Shown: in pieces, positions 47,058-56,529 of the stretch
Position numbering within the stretch: position 1 is the stretch's first letter
Layout of the letters: every line of letters starts with the position of its first letter
From: an uncultured Eubacteriales bacterium
Lineage (GTDB): Bacteria > Bacillota > Clostridia > Oscillospirales > CAG-272
Direction of reading: 5' to 3'
Length of the DNA stretch: 64,000 nt
Assembly: GCA_948467545.1 (NCBI GenBank)
Contig: CAOKER010000003.1
Location: forward strand, 103,500 to 167,499
Position numbers and translations under genes: made by a program
The notes under the pieces: generated by a model
Told to the model about the DNA's origin: nothing
The model's database searches: none
What the model saw: only the letters and a program-made list of their open reading frames with translations

Positions 47058-49383
47058 AACGCTTCATAACCTGTTTAAGCAGGACAAGGAAAAATTTGTA
47101 GTGCCGAAAGGCGTTCAGGATATAATTCCCGTAACCGTCATTTATGACGATGGGATATTTCAGGTCGGCAAGGACAAGTTTTCAAAGACCTATAAATTTT
47201 CCGATATAAATTACGCCGTTGCCAGCCGGGAGGATAAGGAAGCGATGTTCCTTGAATATTCGGAGCTTCTCAATTCCCTTGATTCCGGTGCGACAACAAA
47301 AATCACAATCAACAACCGCAGACTTAATCGTCTTGATTTTGAGAAAACGATTCTGATTCCCACAAAGGGCGATGAGCTTGACGGATACCGTGAGGAATAC
47401 AACAAAATGCTGTTGGAGAAAGCTACAGGAGCAAACGCTATTGTGCAGGACAAGTATATAACCATTTCAGTAAATAAGAAGAATGTGGAGGACGCAAGGA
47501 CATATTTTGCGAGAGTCGGCGCAGATTTGATTGCCCATTTCGGCAGGCTCGGAAGCAAGTGCGTGGAGCTTGAAACGGACGAGAGGCTTCGTATCTTTCA
47601 CGACTTCTACCGTGTGGGAGAGGAAGCGGCTTTCCGTTTTGACATAAAGGAAACCCGCAGGAAGGGACACGACTTTAAGGATTATATTTGTCCCGATACA
47701 ATGGAATTTGAAAAGGACTACTTCAAAATGGGAAACCGTTACGGGAGAGTCCTTTTTCTGCGTGAGTATGCTTCCTATATCAAGGACAGTATGGTTGCGG
47801 AGCTTACCGACTTGAATCGCAATCTGATGATGTCGATAGATGTTGTTCCCGTTTCCACAGACGAGGCAGTATGGGAAGCGGAAAGCAGGCTGCTTGGGGT
47901 TGAGACGAACATTACCAACTGGCAGCTCAGGCAGAACTCCAACAACAATTTCTCCGCAACTGTTCCTTATGATATGGAGCAGCAGAAAAAGGAAATGAAA
48001 GAGTTTCTTGACGATTTGACAACGAGAGATCAGCGTATGATGTTTGCCGTTCTTACAATGGTGCATACGGCGGAAACAAAGGAGCAGCTTGATAACGATA
48101 CCGAAGCATTGTTGACAACGGCGAGAAAACATCTTTGTCAGTTCGGCGTTCTGAAATTTCAGCAGGTGGACGGACTGAATACAGTTTTGCCCTTCGGCAC
48201 ACGAAAAATTGATACCTTCAGAACGCTTACAACAGAAAGCCTTGCCGTATTTATCCCGTTCCGGGTACAGGACATCTATCACGAAAACGGCATTTACTAT
48301 GGGCAGAATGTTATCAGCAAAAATATGATTATCGCAGATCGGAAGCAGTTACTAAACGGAAACGAGTTCATTTTGGGCGTATCCGGCGGCGGTAAATCCT
48401 TTGCCGCAAAGGGCGAGATTATCAATCAGGTGCTTTCTTCGGACGCAGATATTATCATTATTGATCCGGAGCGAGAATATTCGCAGCTTGTAAGGGCGAT
48501 GGGCGGCGAGGTCATTCACATTTCCGCCACCTCTCAAAACCATATCAACGCTATGGATATGACGAAGGATTACGGGGACGGGGCAAATCCGGTTATCCTG
48601 AAATCCGAATTTATTATGTCCCTGTGCGAACAGCTTATCGGCGGTACGAATTTGGGAGCAAAGCAGAAGTCAATTATTGATAGATGTACCGCTTCCGTCT
48701 ACCGTATCTATCAGCAGAACGACTATCAGGGCGAAGTGCCTACCTTGCAGGATTTCAGGCAGGAGTTGATGAAACAGGACGAACCGGAAGCAAAGGAAAT
48801 CGCCCTTGCCATTGAGCTTTTTACAAACGGTTCTTTGAACACTTTTGCGAAGCATACGAATGTGGATACCAATAACCGCTTGATTTGCTATGACATCCTT
48901 GACCTCGGCAAGCAGCTTATGCCTATCGGTATGCTTGTTGTGCTTGACAGCATCTTAAACCGTATTACGCAGAACAGGGCGAAGGGAAAGAATACCTTTA
49001 TCTTTATTGATGAGATTTATCTGCTTTTCCAGCACGAGTATTCCGCAAACTTCCTCTTTACTTTGTGGAAGCGTGTTCGTAAGTACGGGGCGTATGCAAG
49101 CGGTATTACGCAGAATGTGGACGATTTGCTCCAAAGCCATACGGCAAGGACAATGCTTGCGAACTCGGAGTTTATTATTATGCTCAATCAGGCTTCCACC
49201 GACAGGCTGGAGCTTGCGAAGCTGCTCAATATTTCCGATTTGCAGATGAGCTATATTACCAATGTGGAAGCCGGACACGGACTGATTAAGGTAGGTTCAA
49301 GCCTTGTGCCGTTTGCCAATAAGTTTCCAAAGAATACGAAGCTGTATAAGCTGATGACAACCAAACCGGGTGAGAGTGCGTAA
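47050..49383 (+). CDS. VirB4/TcpF-type conjugative T4SS ATPase (Tn916 Orf16-like)
   Basis: AAAGGAG 7 nt before ATG 47050; N-terminal VQDIIPV...DGIFQVG...FSDINYAVAS; Walker A GVSGGGKSF; Walker B ADIIIIDPE. Confidence 0.9.
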   Translation: MIKTLHNLFKQDKEKFVVPKGVQDIIPVTVIYDDGIFQVGKDKFSKTYKFSDINYAVASREDKEAMFLEYSELLNSLDSGATTKITINNRRLNRLDFEKTILIPTKGDELDGYREEYNKMLLEKATGANAIVQDKYITISVNKKNVEDARTYFARVGADLIAHFGRLGSKCVELETDERLRIFHDFYRVGEEAAFRFDIKETRRKGHDFKDYICPDTMEFEKDYFKMGNRYGRVLFLREYASYIKDSMVAELTDLNRNLMMSIDVVPVSTDEAVWEAESRLLGVETNITNWQLRQNSNNNFSATVPYDMEQQKKEMKEFLDDLTTRDQRMMFAVLTMVHTAETKEQLDNDTEALLTTARKHLCQFGVLKFQQVDGLNTVLPFGTRKIDTFRTLTTESLAVFIPFRVQDIYHENGIYYGQNVISKNMIIADRKQLLNGNEFILGVSGGGKSFAAKGEIINQVLSSDADIIIIDPEREYSQLVRAMGGEVIHISATSQNHINAMDMTKDYGDGANPVILKSEFIMSLCEQLIGGTNLGAKQKSIIDRCTASVYRIYQQNDYQGEVPTLQDFRQELMKQDEPEAKEIALAIELFTNGSLNTFAKHTNVDTNNRLICYDILDLGKQLMPIGMLVVLDSILNRITQNRAKGKNTFIFIDEIYLLFQHEYSANFLFTLWKRVRKYGAYASGITQNVDDLLQSHTARTMLANSEFIIMLNQASTDRLELAKLLNISDLQMSYITNVEAGHGLIKVGSSLVPFANKFPKNTKLYKLMTTKPGESA

Positions 49384-49430
49384 CTCCTTGTATGCAAAAT
49401 TCAATTCGCAATGAAATAATATGTCGAAAA

Positions 49431-49487
49431 GTTTTGCGGTTTATAACCGCAAAACTAATTGACTTTTCCTGAATTTTGCGGTATAAT
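49431..49487 (+). promoter_or_regulatory. Hairpin plus consensus-like promoter sharing a TTTTGCGGT motif, upstream of the AAA ATPase gene
   Basis: Perfect 11-bp stem GTTTTGCGGTT/AACCGCAAAAC (49431-49455). TTGACT (49459-49464), 17-nt spacer containing TTTTGCGG, TATAAT (49482-49487). Confidence 0.6.
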
Positions 49488-49511
49488 ACTTTACAGACGG
49501 AGGTGGTCAGA

Positions 49512-50723
49512 ATGATTTACAGACCTATGTATGTAGATAAGATAATGGCATATGTGGATACGCCGTTTGTGAAGATACTCACAGGGGTACGCCGCTGCGG
49601 AAAATCTACGATACTCAAAATGATTATGGAAAAGCTGAAAACGGAGCGCAATATCCCTGAAAACCGGATTATAAGCTGCCGCTTTGATTCAATGGAATAT
49701 GAGGATATGACGGCGAAGCAGATGTACGCTCAATTAAAGGAACAGCTTTCAAACAATGGAAAGACTTACTTGTTTCTTGATGAGGTGCAGGAAATCAAGG
49801 GGTGGGAAAAGGTTGTAAATTCATTGGCATCGGATTTTGATGTTGACCTGTATATCACAGGCTCTAATTCCCGAATGATGTCCTCTGAAATATCAACCTA
49901 TCTTACCGGGAGATATATTTCTTTCCGGATTTTTACTCTGTCCTTTGGCGAATACCTGATGTTCAAGGAAAAGTATGCGGCAATCAGCGATTCCAAAACG
50001 GAACTTGCAAATTATGTTCGTTTGGGCGGCTTTCCCGCAACCCATTTACAGGCGTATTCTCAGGACGAAATCTACACGATTGTCAGGGATATATACAATT
50101 CAACGATTTTTTCGGACATCGTAAAGCGGAATCAGGTCAGGAAAATCGACCAGTTGGAGCGTGTTGTAAAATACACCTTCAACAATGTGGGCAATACTTT
50201 TTCTGCGAAGTCGATTTCAGACTATCTAAAATCGGAACGCCGTTCTCTTGACAATGAAACGGTTTACAGCTATCTGGAAAAGCTGGAAAAGGCATATCTG
50301 CTTCATCGGTGTTCAAGGTATGATTTGCAGGGAAAGGAAATCTTGAAAACACAGGAAAAATTCTATCTTGCAGATGTGGCTCTGCGGTACAGCGTTCTCG
50401 GCTACAATGCAGACAGCGTAGCTTCAAGCCTTGAAAACATCGTCTATTTGGAACTTTGCCGGCGGGGTTATACCGTAAATGTCGGAAAAACGGGAGACGG
50501 AGAAATTGATTTTGTCGCAGTAAGGCAGAATGAAAAAATTTATGTTCAGGTTACGCAGGAAATCCGTTCGGAAAAGACGGAGAAGCGAGAGTATGACCGG
50601 CTGCTTGAAATACACGATAATTATCCCAAATATGTTCTTACGACAGATGAATTTGCAGGAGGAAACTATGAGGGCATTAAGACAATGCACATAGCGGATT
50701 TCCTGCTCATTACGGAATATTAA
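49512..50723 (+). CDS. AAA-family ATPase with DUF4143-type C-terminal nuclease-like domain
   Basis: Walker A GVRRCGKST, Walker B YLFLDEVQ, C-terminal GEIDFV...YVQVT PD-(D/E)xK-like pattern. Confidence 0.75.
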   Translation: MIYRPMYVDKIMAYVDTPFVKILTGVRRCGKSTILKMIMEKLKTERNIPENRIISCRFDSMEYEDMTAKQMYAQLKEQLSNNGKTYLFLDEVQEIKGWEKVVNSLASDFDVDLYITGSNSRMMSSEISTYLTGRYISFRIFTLSFGEYLMFKEKYAAISDSKTELANYVRLGGFPATHLQAYSQDEIYTIVRDIYNSTIFSDIVKRNQVRKIDQLERVVKYTFNNVGNTFSAKSISDYLKSERRSLDNETVYSYLEKLEKAYLLHRCSRYDLQGKEILKTQEKFYLADVALRYSVLGYNADSVASSLENIVYLELCRRGYTVNVGKTGDGEIDFVAVRQNEKIYVQVTQEIRSEKTEKREYDRLLEIHDNYPKYVLTTDEFAGGNYEGIKTMHIADFLLITEY

Positions 50724-50740
50724 AATCAAAGATTACAAAG

Positions 50741-50775
50741 ACACCCGCTTGCTGATAGTCAGGCGGGTGTTTTTG
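50741..50775 (+). terminator. Intrinsic terminator
   Basis: 8-bp stem ACACCCGC/GCGGGTGT followed by TTTTT. Confidence 0.7.
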
Positions 50776-50790
50776 TGGAAAGGAAGCCTA

Positions 50791-51567
50791 ATGAAAAAGA
50801 AAATATATATCATTCTTATGGCGGCGTTTGTGCTTTTGCTTGGCACAAGCGCCTATTTTATTTACGACTATTACAGTCAGGCGGCAAAACAGACAGAGCT
50901 ATACGATAACCTTGCGGATATGGTTGATTCCGCAGATGAAAGCAACGGAGAGACAGAACCGATTTTGTATTCTGAGGATAAAACGGTGCTTCCTGAGCTT
51001 GCCGAGCTATACCTGAAAAACAACGATTTGGTCGGTTGGATCAGCATTGAAGATACCAATATCAACTATCCCGTTATGCAGTCGAAGGACAATCCTGACT
51101 TTTATCTGAAGCACGACTTTGATAAGGGATACTCCGATTATGGCTGTCCCTATGTGCAGGAGAATTGCGATGTGCAGAAACCGAGCGACAACATTGTAAT
51201 CTACGGTCATCATATGAAAAACGGCAGTATGTTCTGCGACCTTGAAAAATTTAAGAGCAGGGATTTTTGGCTGGAGCATAAGATGGTTGCTTTTAATACC
51301 CTTACGGAGAAAAACGAGTATGAGATTGTTGCGGTGTTTAAGACGGTTGTCTATACGGACAGCGCCGACTCGTTCAAGTATTATCATTTTGTCAACGCCG
51401 AGACGCCGGAGGATTTTTCAGCGTTCATTGAGAAGTGTAAGGAGCTATCGTTTTATGATACCGGAGTATCGGCAGAATACGGGGATAAGCTCATAACCCT
51501 GTCTACCTGTGAATACTCCCGCACAAACGGAAGGCTTGTCGTGGTGGCAAAGAGAATTTCTAATTAA
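50791..51567 (+). CDS. Class B sortase
   Basis: N-terminal TM anchor; GWISIEDTNINYPVMQ, IVIYGHHM (His), TLSTCEY (Cys), GRLVVVAKR (Arg). Confidence 0.85.
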   Translation: MKKKIYIILMAAFVLLLGTSAYFIYDYYSQAAKQTELYDNLADMVDSADESNGETEPILYSEDKTVLPELAELYLKNNDLVGWISIEDTNINYPVMQSKDNPDFYLKHDFDKGYSDYGCPYVQENCDVQKPSDNIVIYGHHMKNGSMFCDLEKFKSRDFWLEHKMVAFNTLTEKNEYEIVAVFKTVVYTDSADSFKYYHFVNAETPEDFSAFIEKCKELSFYDTGVSAEYGDKLITLSTCEYSRTNGRLVVVAKRISN

Positions 51568-51602
51568 GCGGCGGCAAAAAGCAAGAAAACGGAGGTGAGA
51601 TT

Positions 51603-53363
51603 TTGGCTGATATAAAGACAAAGGATTCTGTCAAGGGTGCGATTAAGACGATTGACAAAGCCGCCGTTGCCGCCGACCGTATGCGTAAAGCTTATATCCA
51701 AACCAAAGAAAAGGCGGAGCATTCCACAAGCGCAGCCGAAGCCAATGCGGAAGAATATGCTTCCGACCGCATTGAGGGTGGTATAGACCGTGCTTCCCAC
51801 GAAGCAGCCTATCAGTTTGACAAACAGGGGCGCAAAGGCGTAGAAGCGACAAAGCAGAATATTTCCAAAGCAAAGGACGGGATTCAGAGGTTTAAGGAAA
51901 AACAGGTGGAGGAATCATTAAAAAAGCAGGCGGTACAGAACAGGCGTGTCAGACCTGACTCGTCTGCTTTTTCTGCTGTCCGAAGCAGAAGTGAAAAAGC
52001 GGCGGCTCAAACGCAAAAGTCGGTGAAACAATCTGCCCGTTCTTCGGGAAGAAAAACCATAAAAACGGTAAGCAGGAGTTCGGCTAAGACAGCGCAGAAA
52101 TCTGTTAAGACCGCAGAGCAGACCGCTAAGACAGCCATAAAAACGAGTAAGCAGGCGGCAAAAACCGCACAGCAAACGGCGAAGGCTTCCGCAAAGGCGG
52201 CACAGAAAGCGGCTCAGGCAGCGAGAGAGACTGCAAAAGCAGTTGCCGCCGGGGTAAAAGCGGCGGTAAAGGCTACGATTGCAACCGTGAAAGCAATCAT
52301 AGCGGGAACAAAGGCTTTGATTGCGGCGATTGCCGCAGGCGGCTGGATAGCGGTTGCCGTAATTATTGTGATTTGCCTGATTGCCCTCTTGCTCAGTTCC
52401 GTATTTGGGATATTCTTTTCCGGCGAGGACGCAGGCACAGGTATGAGTATGCAGACGGTCGTGCAGGAAATCAATGCGGATTATGACGCACAGCTACAGG
52501 CAGAAAAAGACGCAGTATCCTACGATGTTCTTGAAATGAGTGGAAGCAGAGCCGTATGGAAAGATGTTCTTGCGGTTTATGCGGTCAAAACAAATACCGA
52601 TAAGGATAACCCGCAGGAGGTTGCCACGATGGACGATTCCAAAAAGCAAATCCTAAAGGATATTTTTTGGGAGATGAACGCCATATCCTCACGAACGGAA
52701 AGCAAGACCGAAACGGAGATTACCGAAACGGATGACGGACACGGGAATATCGTACAGACCGAAACAACCGTTACGAGAACTTATCTGTATATAACGGTAT
52801 CGCACAAGACGGTTGATGAAATGGCGGAACAGTACGGATTTAATCAGGAGCAGAAGGACTACCTTGCCGAATTGCTGGAGGATGAAAATAATTCCCTATG
52901 GTCGGCGGTATTGTACGGTGTTTCTTACAGCGATGACCAAATCGTAACGGTGGCATTATCTCAGGTAGGCAATGTAGGCGGCGAGCCATATTGGAGTTGG
53001 TACGGCTTCAATTCCCGTGTGGAGTGGTGCGCCTGCTTTGTTTCTTGGTGCGCTAACGAGTGCGGTTATATTGATACCGGAGTTATCCCGAAATATGCAG
53101 GCTGCGTTAATGGCGTGCAATGGTTTAAAGACAGAGGACAATGGATAGACGGTTCTACCGAGCCTGCGCCCGGTATGATTATCTTTTTCGATTGGGACGA
53201 TGAAGGCGGACAGGACGGAGAATCCGACCATACAGGTATCGTTGAGAAAGTGGAAAACGGTGTTGTTTATACGGTCGAGGGTAATTCCGGCGATAGCTGT
53301 AAAATCAATCAGTACAGCGTGGGGCATTACGAAATACTTGGATATGGAGTGCCTGCTTATTAA
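51603..53363 (+). CDS. Conjugation-associated cell-wall hydrolase (CHAP domain, Tn916 Orf14-like)
   Basis: TTG start after GGAGGTGA; Ala/Lys-rich coiled region, TM segment, C-terminal CHAP motifs EWCACFVSW (Cys) and SDHTGIV (His). Confidence 0.85.
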   Translation: MADIKTKDSVKGAIKTIDKAAVAADRMRKAYIQTKEKAEHSTSAAEANAEEYASDRIEGGIDRASHEAAYQFDKQGRKGVEATKQNISKAKDGIQRFKEKQVEESLKKQAVQNRRVRPDSSAFSAVRSRSEKAAAQTQKSVKQSARSSGRKTIKTVSRSSAKTAQKSVKTAEQTAKTAIKTSKQAAKTAQQTAKASAKAAQKAAQAARETAKAVAAGVKAAVKATIATVKAIIAGTKALIAAIAAGGWIAVAVIIVICLIALLLSSVFGIFFSGEDAGTGMSMQTVVQEINADYDAQLQAEKDAVSYDVLEMSGSRAVWKDVLAVYAVKTNTDKDNPQEVATMDDSKKQILKDIFWEMNAISSRTESKTETEITETDDGHGNIVQTETTVTRTYLYITVSHKTVDEMAEQYGFNQEQKDYLAELLEDENNSLWSAVLYGVSYSDDQIVTVALSQVGNVGGEPYWSWYGFNSRVEWCACFVSWCANECGYIDTGVIPKYAGCVNGVQWFKDRGQWIDGSTEPAPGMIIFFDWDDEGGQDGESDHTGIVEKVENGVVYTVEGNSGDSCKINQYSVGHYEILGYGVPAY

Positions 53364-53445
53364 ACATAAAGAGATTGCCGTCAGAAATGGCGGCAATCTA
53401 AATACATAGAGTTATTACTTAAAATTCAATTTTCGATACTAACCC

Positions 53446-53498
53446 TTGACAAAACAGATTCAAAATTGTATAATCAATACATATACCCCTTAATGTAT
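53446..53498 (+). promoter_or_regulatory. Consensus promoter of csoR with downstream CsoR-type box
   Basis: TTGACA (53446-53451), 17-nt spacer, TATAAT (53469-53474); ATACCCCTTAATGTAT at 53483-53498. Confidence 0.7.
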
Positions 53499-53511
53499 TG
53501 GAGGCGTTAAA

Positions 53512-53787
53512 ATGAAGCAATGTATGGATTCAGACAACCTGCACCGCAGGCTGAAAAAGATTATAGGACAGGTACAGGCGATTGACCGTATGGTAGATGA
53601 AGATGTTCCCTGTGAAGATATTCTTGCACAGATAAATGCTGCAAAGTCGGCTTTACACGGATGTGGTAAAGTGGTTTTAGAGGGACATATTAAGCACTGT
53701 GTTCGTGACGGAATCGAACACGGTGACGCAGATAAAACGATTGAAAGCTTTACCAAAGCGGTTGAGCGTTTCTCAAATATGACTTAA
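53512..53787 (+). CDS. csoR: CsoR/RcnR-family metal-sensing repressor
   Basis: LHRRLKKIIGQVQAIDRMV; Cys-His-Cys ligand pattern (PCEDIL, LHGCG). Confidence 0.9.
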   Translation: MKQCMDSDNLHRRLKKIIGQVQAIDRMVDEDVPCEDILAQINAAKSALHGCGKVVLEGHIKHCVRDGIEHGDADKTIESFTKAVERFSNMT

Positions 53788-53850
53788 TTTTTTTCATATA
53801 AATCCGTTAAAAAAAGGCTGTAGCAAAATAGCCTCTCAGAAAAAATGCAC

Positions 53851-53886
53851 AAAAACTCTTGAAAAATAGGCTTTTCAAGAGTTTTT
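53851..53886. terminator. Bidirectional intrinsic terminator after csoR
   Basis: Perfect 15-bp stem AAAAACTCTTGAAAA/TTTTCAAGAGTTTTT. Confidence 0.75.
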
Positions 53887-53897
53887 CTTTGTTTTAT

Positions 53898-53955
53898 GGG
53901 GATGTAGTAAATTGCTGTTTGTAAACAATTTCGCTGCATCCCCTTAATTTTTTTT
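53898..53955 (+). terminator. Second long hairpin terminator
   Basis: GGGGATG...CATCCCC outer stem with inner AAATTG/CAATTT, followed by TTAATTTTTTTT. Confidence 0.6.
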
Positions 53956-53964
53956 GAAAACCTC

Positions 53965-54018
53965 TTGACAACCCATACCCCTATGTGTATAATAATATAC
54001 GGATACCCCTTATGGTAT
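53965..54018 (+). promoter_or_regulatory. Consensus promoter of the P-type ATPase-feo operon carrying two CsoR-type boxes
   Basis: TTGACA (53965-53970), 17-nt spacer, TATAAT (53988-53993). ATACCCCTATGTGTAT (53975-53990) overlaps the spacer and -10; ATACCCCTTATGGTAT (54003-54018) lies just downstream. Confidence 0.7.
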
Positions 54019-54037
54019 ATGCGAAAGGAGGAGTTCT

Positions 54038-55924
54038 GTGAAAAAGCTAATGGGAAAGTTAGAGCAACTTCTGGAGTTTGGAGGTACAAAGAAAGACATC
54101 ACTTTGCTCGTCATTTCCGGCATTGCCTTAATCATCAGCTTATTTGATTTATTGCCTTTGCCGTTTAATGCTGCATGGGTAGCAATTATTCTATGCGGTG
54201 TTCCGATTATATTGGAGGCAATCATCGGTCTTGTGACGGCTTTTGACATCAAAGCCGCTGTGCTTGTTTCTCTTGCTTTGATTGCTTCCATATGGATCGG
54301 TGAAGATTTTGCCGCAGGAGAAGTTGCTTTTATTATGCAGCTTGGCGCATTGCTTGAAGATCTTACCGTTGCAAAGGCTCGTGCGGGCATTGAAAAGCTG
54401 GTGCATCTGACGCCGCAGACAGCAAGAGTAATAAACGGAGGAACAGAAAAAACAGTTGCTGCGGAACAGGTGAAAATAAACGATTTGCTTCGGGTGCTTC
54501 CCGGCGAAACCGTTCCAGTAGACGGAGTGATTACATCGGGACAGACTTCCGTTAATCAAGCCGTTATGACGGGCGAATCGCTCCCTGTTGACAAAACAGT
54601 AGGAGATGAAGTGTCAAGCGGTACGGTCAACCAATTCGGCGCTTTTGAGATGAAAGCAACAAAAGTAGGAGAGGACAGTTCCATTCAAAGAATGATCCGT
54701 CTTGTCAGGTCGGCAGACGCCGGCAAAGCAAAAATTGTCAGCATTGCCGACCGCTTTGCAACCTGGATTGTGGTCATTGCTCTGACTGCCGCAGCCTTAA
54801 CTTGGGCGTTTAGCGGGCAGATTATCCGTGCGGTTACGATTCTTGTTGTATTCTGTCCTTGTGCTTTGGTACTTGCGACGCCTACGGCGATTATGGCGGC
54901 AATCGGCAACGCTACCAAACACGGCTTTCTCGTCCGTGAGGGAGACGCTTTGGAACGGCTGGCGAAGGTATCGAAAATCACTTTTGATAAGACGGGGACG
55001 CTCACTTACGGCACACCGAAGGTAATCAAAACGCAAAGTGTATTGCCGAGCGTTTCGCAAGAAGAACTTTATGCTCTCTGTGCTTCTGCTGAACAATTAT
55101 CTGAACATCCGCTCGGCAAAGCAATTACCCGGTGCTATAAGCAGGAAACCGGAAGGAATATTTTACCCGCAGAAGGATTTAAAATGATTCCGGGACGAGG
55201 CGTTTCGGCTGTTGTAGATGAAAAGGCGGTTCTTGCAGGAAATCGTGAAATGCTTGCAGAGCAGAATATTGAAATATCGGGGGAAGTATCCTTACAGGCA
55301 GAAAAATATCTTATGCAGGGCTGCACGGTGATTTATGTCACAATCAATCAGGCGCTTGCGGGATATATCGTTCTCTCAGATACAGTGCGTGAGGAAAGCG
55401 CCGCAATGATAGACAATCTGACAAATCTGAATGTACAGCCTGTTTTGCTTACCGGAGATCACGAGAATGCAGCTACAGCAATCGCAAAACAATTACATAT
55501 CAAAGAAGTACACGCAGGCTGTCTGCCGGAGGATAAGCTGAACTGGATTTCTTCTTATCAGGAAAAGAAAGAAGCGGTTTGTATGATCGGCGATGGAATC
55601 AATGACGCACCGGCGCTGAAGGCGGCGAATGTGGGAATTGCTATGGGCGGAGTAGGCAGTGATATTGCGGTAGACGCAGCGGATATTGCCCTTGTTGATG
55701 ACGAGGTAAAGGAACTTCCTCACCTGATTGCCCTCTCCAAACGGATGATGACAACGATTAAGCTAAACCTGACTTTTTCAATGACGCTCAATTTTCTTGC
55801 CATTGCCCTTGCCATCACAGGAATATTAAATCCGGTTATCGGTGCTTTGGTGCATAATGCGGGATCTGTTGTTGTTATTATCAATTCTGCACTATTGTTA
55901 AAATGGAAAAGAAGAAAAGAATGA
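54038..55924 (+). CDS. Heavy-metal-translocating P1B-type ATPase without N-terminal metal-binding domain; metal specificity undetermined
   Basis: GTG start after AAAGGAGGAG; TGES, CPC (VFCPCALVLATP), DKTGTLT, TGDHENA, GDGINDAP. The last TM reads VHNAGSVVVIINS, which fits no subgroup cleanly. Confidence 0.88.
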   Translation: MKKLMGKLEQLLEFGGTKKDITLLVISGIALIISLFDLLPLPFNAAWVAIILCGVPIILEAIIGLVTAFDIKAAVLVSLALIASIWIGEDFAAGEVAFIMQLGALLEDLTVAKARAGIEKLVHLTPQTARVINGGTEKTVAAEQVKINDLLRVLPGETVPVDGVITSGQTSVNQAVMTGESLPVDKTVGDEVSSGTVNQFGAFEMKATKVGEDSSIQRMIRLVRSADAGKAKIVSIADRFATWIVVIALTAAALTWAFSGQIIRAVTILVVFCPCALVLATPTAIMAAIGNATKHGFLVREGDALERLAKVSKITFDKTGTLTYGTPKVIKTQSVLPSVSQEELYALCASAEQLSEHPLGKAITRCYKQETGRNILPAEGFKMIPGRGVSAVVDEKAVLAGNREMLAEQNIEISGEVSLQAEKYLMQGCTVIYVTINQALAGYIVLSDTVREESAAMIDNLTNLNVQPVLLTGDHENAATAIAKQLHIKEVHAGCLPEDKLNWISSYQEKKEAVCMIGDGINDAPALKAANVGIAMGGVGSDIAVDAADIALVDDEVKELPHLIALSKRMMTTIKLNLTFSMTLNFLAIALAITGILNPVIGALVHNAGSVVVIINSALLLKWKRRKE

Positions 55925-55958
55925 TGTTTAGGTAAAAAGAGTTAGAAGGAGGATGAAT

Positions 55959-56171
55959 ATGCTTTCTCTATCTTGTGTTCCTGTTGATACAGTACAGATA
56001 ATTAAATGGTACGCTGCAAGAGATTGCGATAAAATATCGTTTGAAAATATTGGATTGCTTCAAGGGGCAACTGTGAAAGTAGTCGCTTCTTATTTTGGCA
56101 ATGTGATTATTTCCGTAGGCGATATAAGGCTTGCATTAGGAAAAGACATAGCTGATAGAATTAAGGTTTAA
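55959..56171 (+). CDS. feoA: FeoA-domain protein (copy 1)
   Basis: SH3-like FeoA pattern ...GLLQGATVKVVASYFGNVIISVGDIRLALGKDIADRIKV. ATG 55959 lies 6 nt after AGGAGG. Confidence 0.75.
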   Translation: MLSLSCVPVDTVQIIKWYAARDCDKISFENIGLLQGATVKVVASYFGNVIISVGDIRLALGKDIADRIKV

Positions 56172-56220
56172 AAGAAAGATTTGGTTCGGGCGCATAGTCC
56201 GAACTAAATTTAAGACAAGT

Positions 56221-56238
56221 GGTTAGCAACTTCTAACC
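56221..56238. promoter_or_regulatory. Palindrome GGTTAG-N6-CTAACC between feoA copies (candidate DtxR-family site or RNA hairpin)
   Basis: The half-sites equal those of the DtxR/IdeR consensus (TTAGGTTAGCCTAACCTAA) but with a 6-nt instead of a 1-nt centre. Confidence 0.3.
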
Positions 56239-56269
56239 TGATTGTAGGATAAGATAAGGGGGATTTATT

Positions 56270-56482
56270 ATGATTCCACTTTTGCTGGCTCCTATTGGTA
56301 CGGAGCAAACGGTAAAAATGATTAAAGGAAATGACAGGACAAAAGCATTTATTGAAAAATTAGGATTTGTTGCAGGATCAAAGGTGACGGTAATCTCTGA
56401 ACACGGAGGAGATTTAATTGTCTTTGCAAAAGATGTTAGGATTGCCCTGAATCGGGAAACAGCAGCAAGAATTATGGTATAA
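56270..56482 (+). CDS. feoA: FeoA-domain protein (copy 2)
   Basis: LGFVAGSKVTVISEHGGDLIVFAKDVRIALNRETAARIMV. Confidence 0.8.
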   Translation: MIPLLLAPIGTEQTVKMIKGNDRTKAFIEKLGFVAGSKVTVISEHGGDLIVFAKDVRIALNRETAARIMV

Positions 56483-56529
56483 AGCCGGATGGCTCTATAT
56501 AAATACAATCAAATGAATGGAGGATTCAG

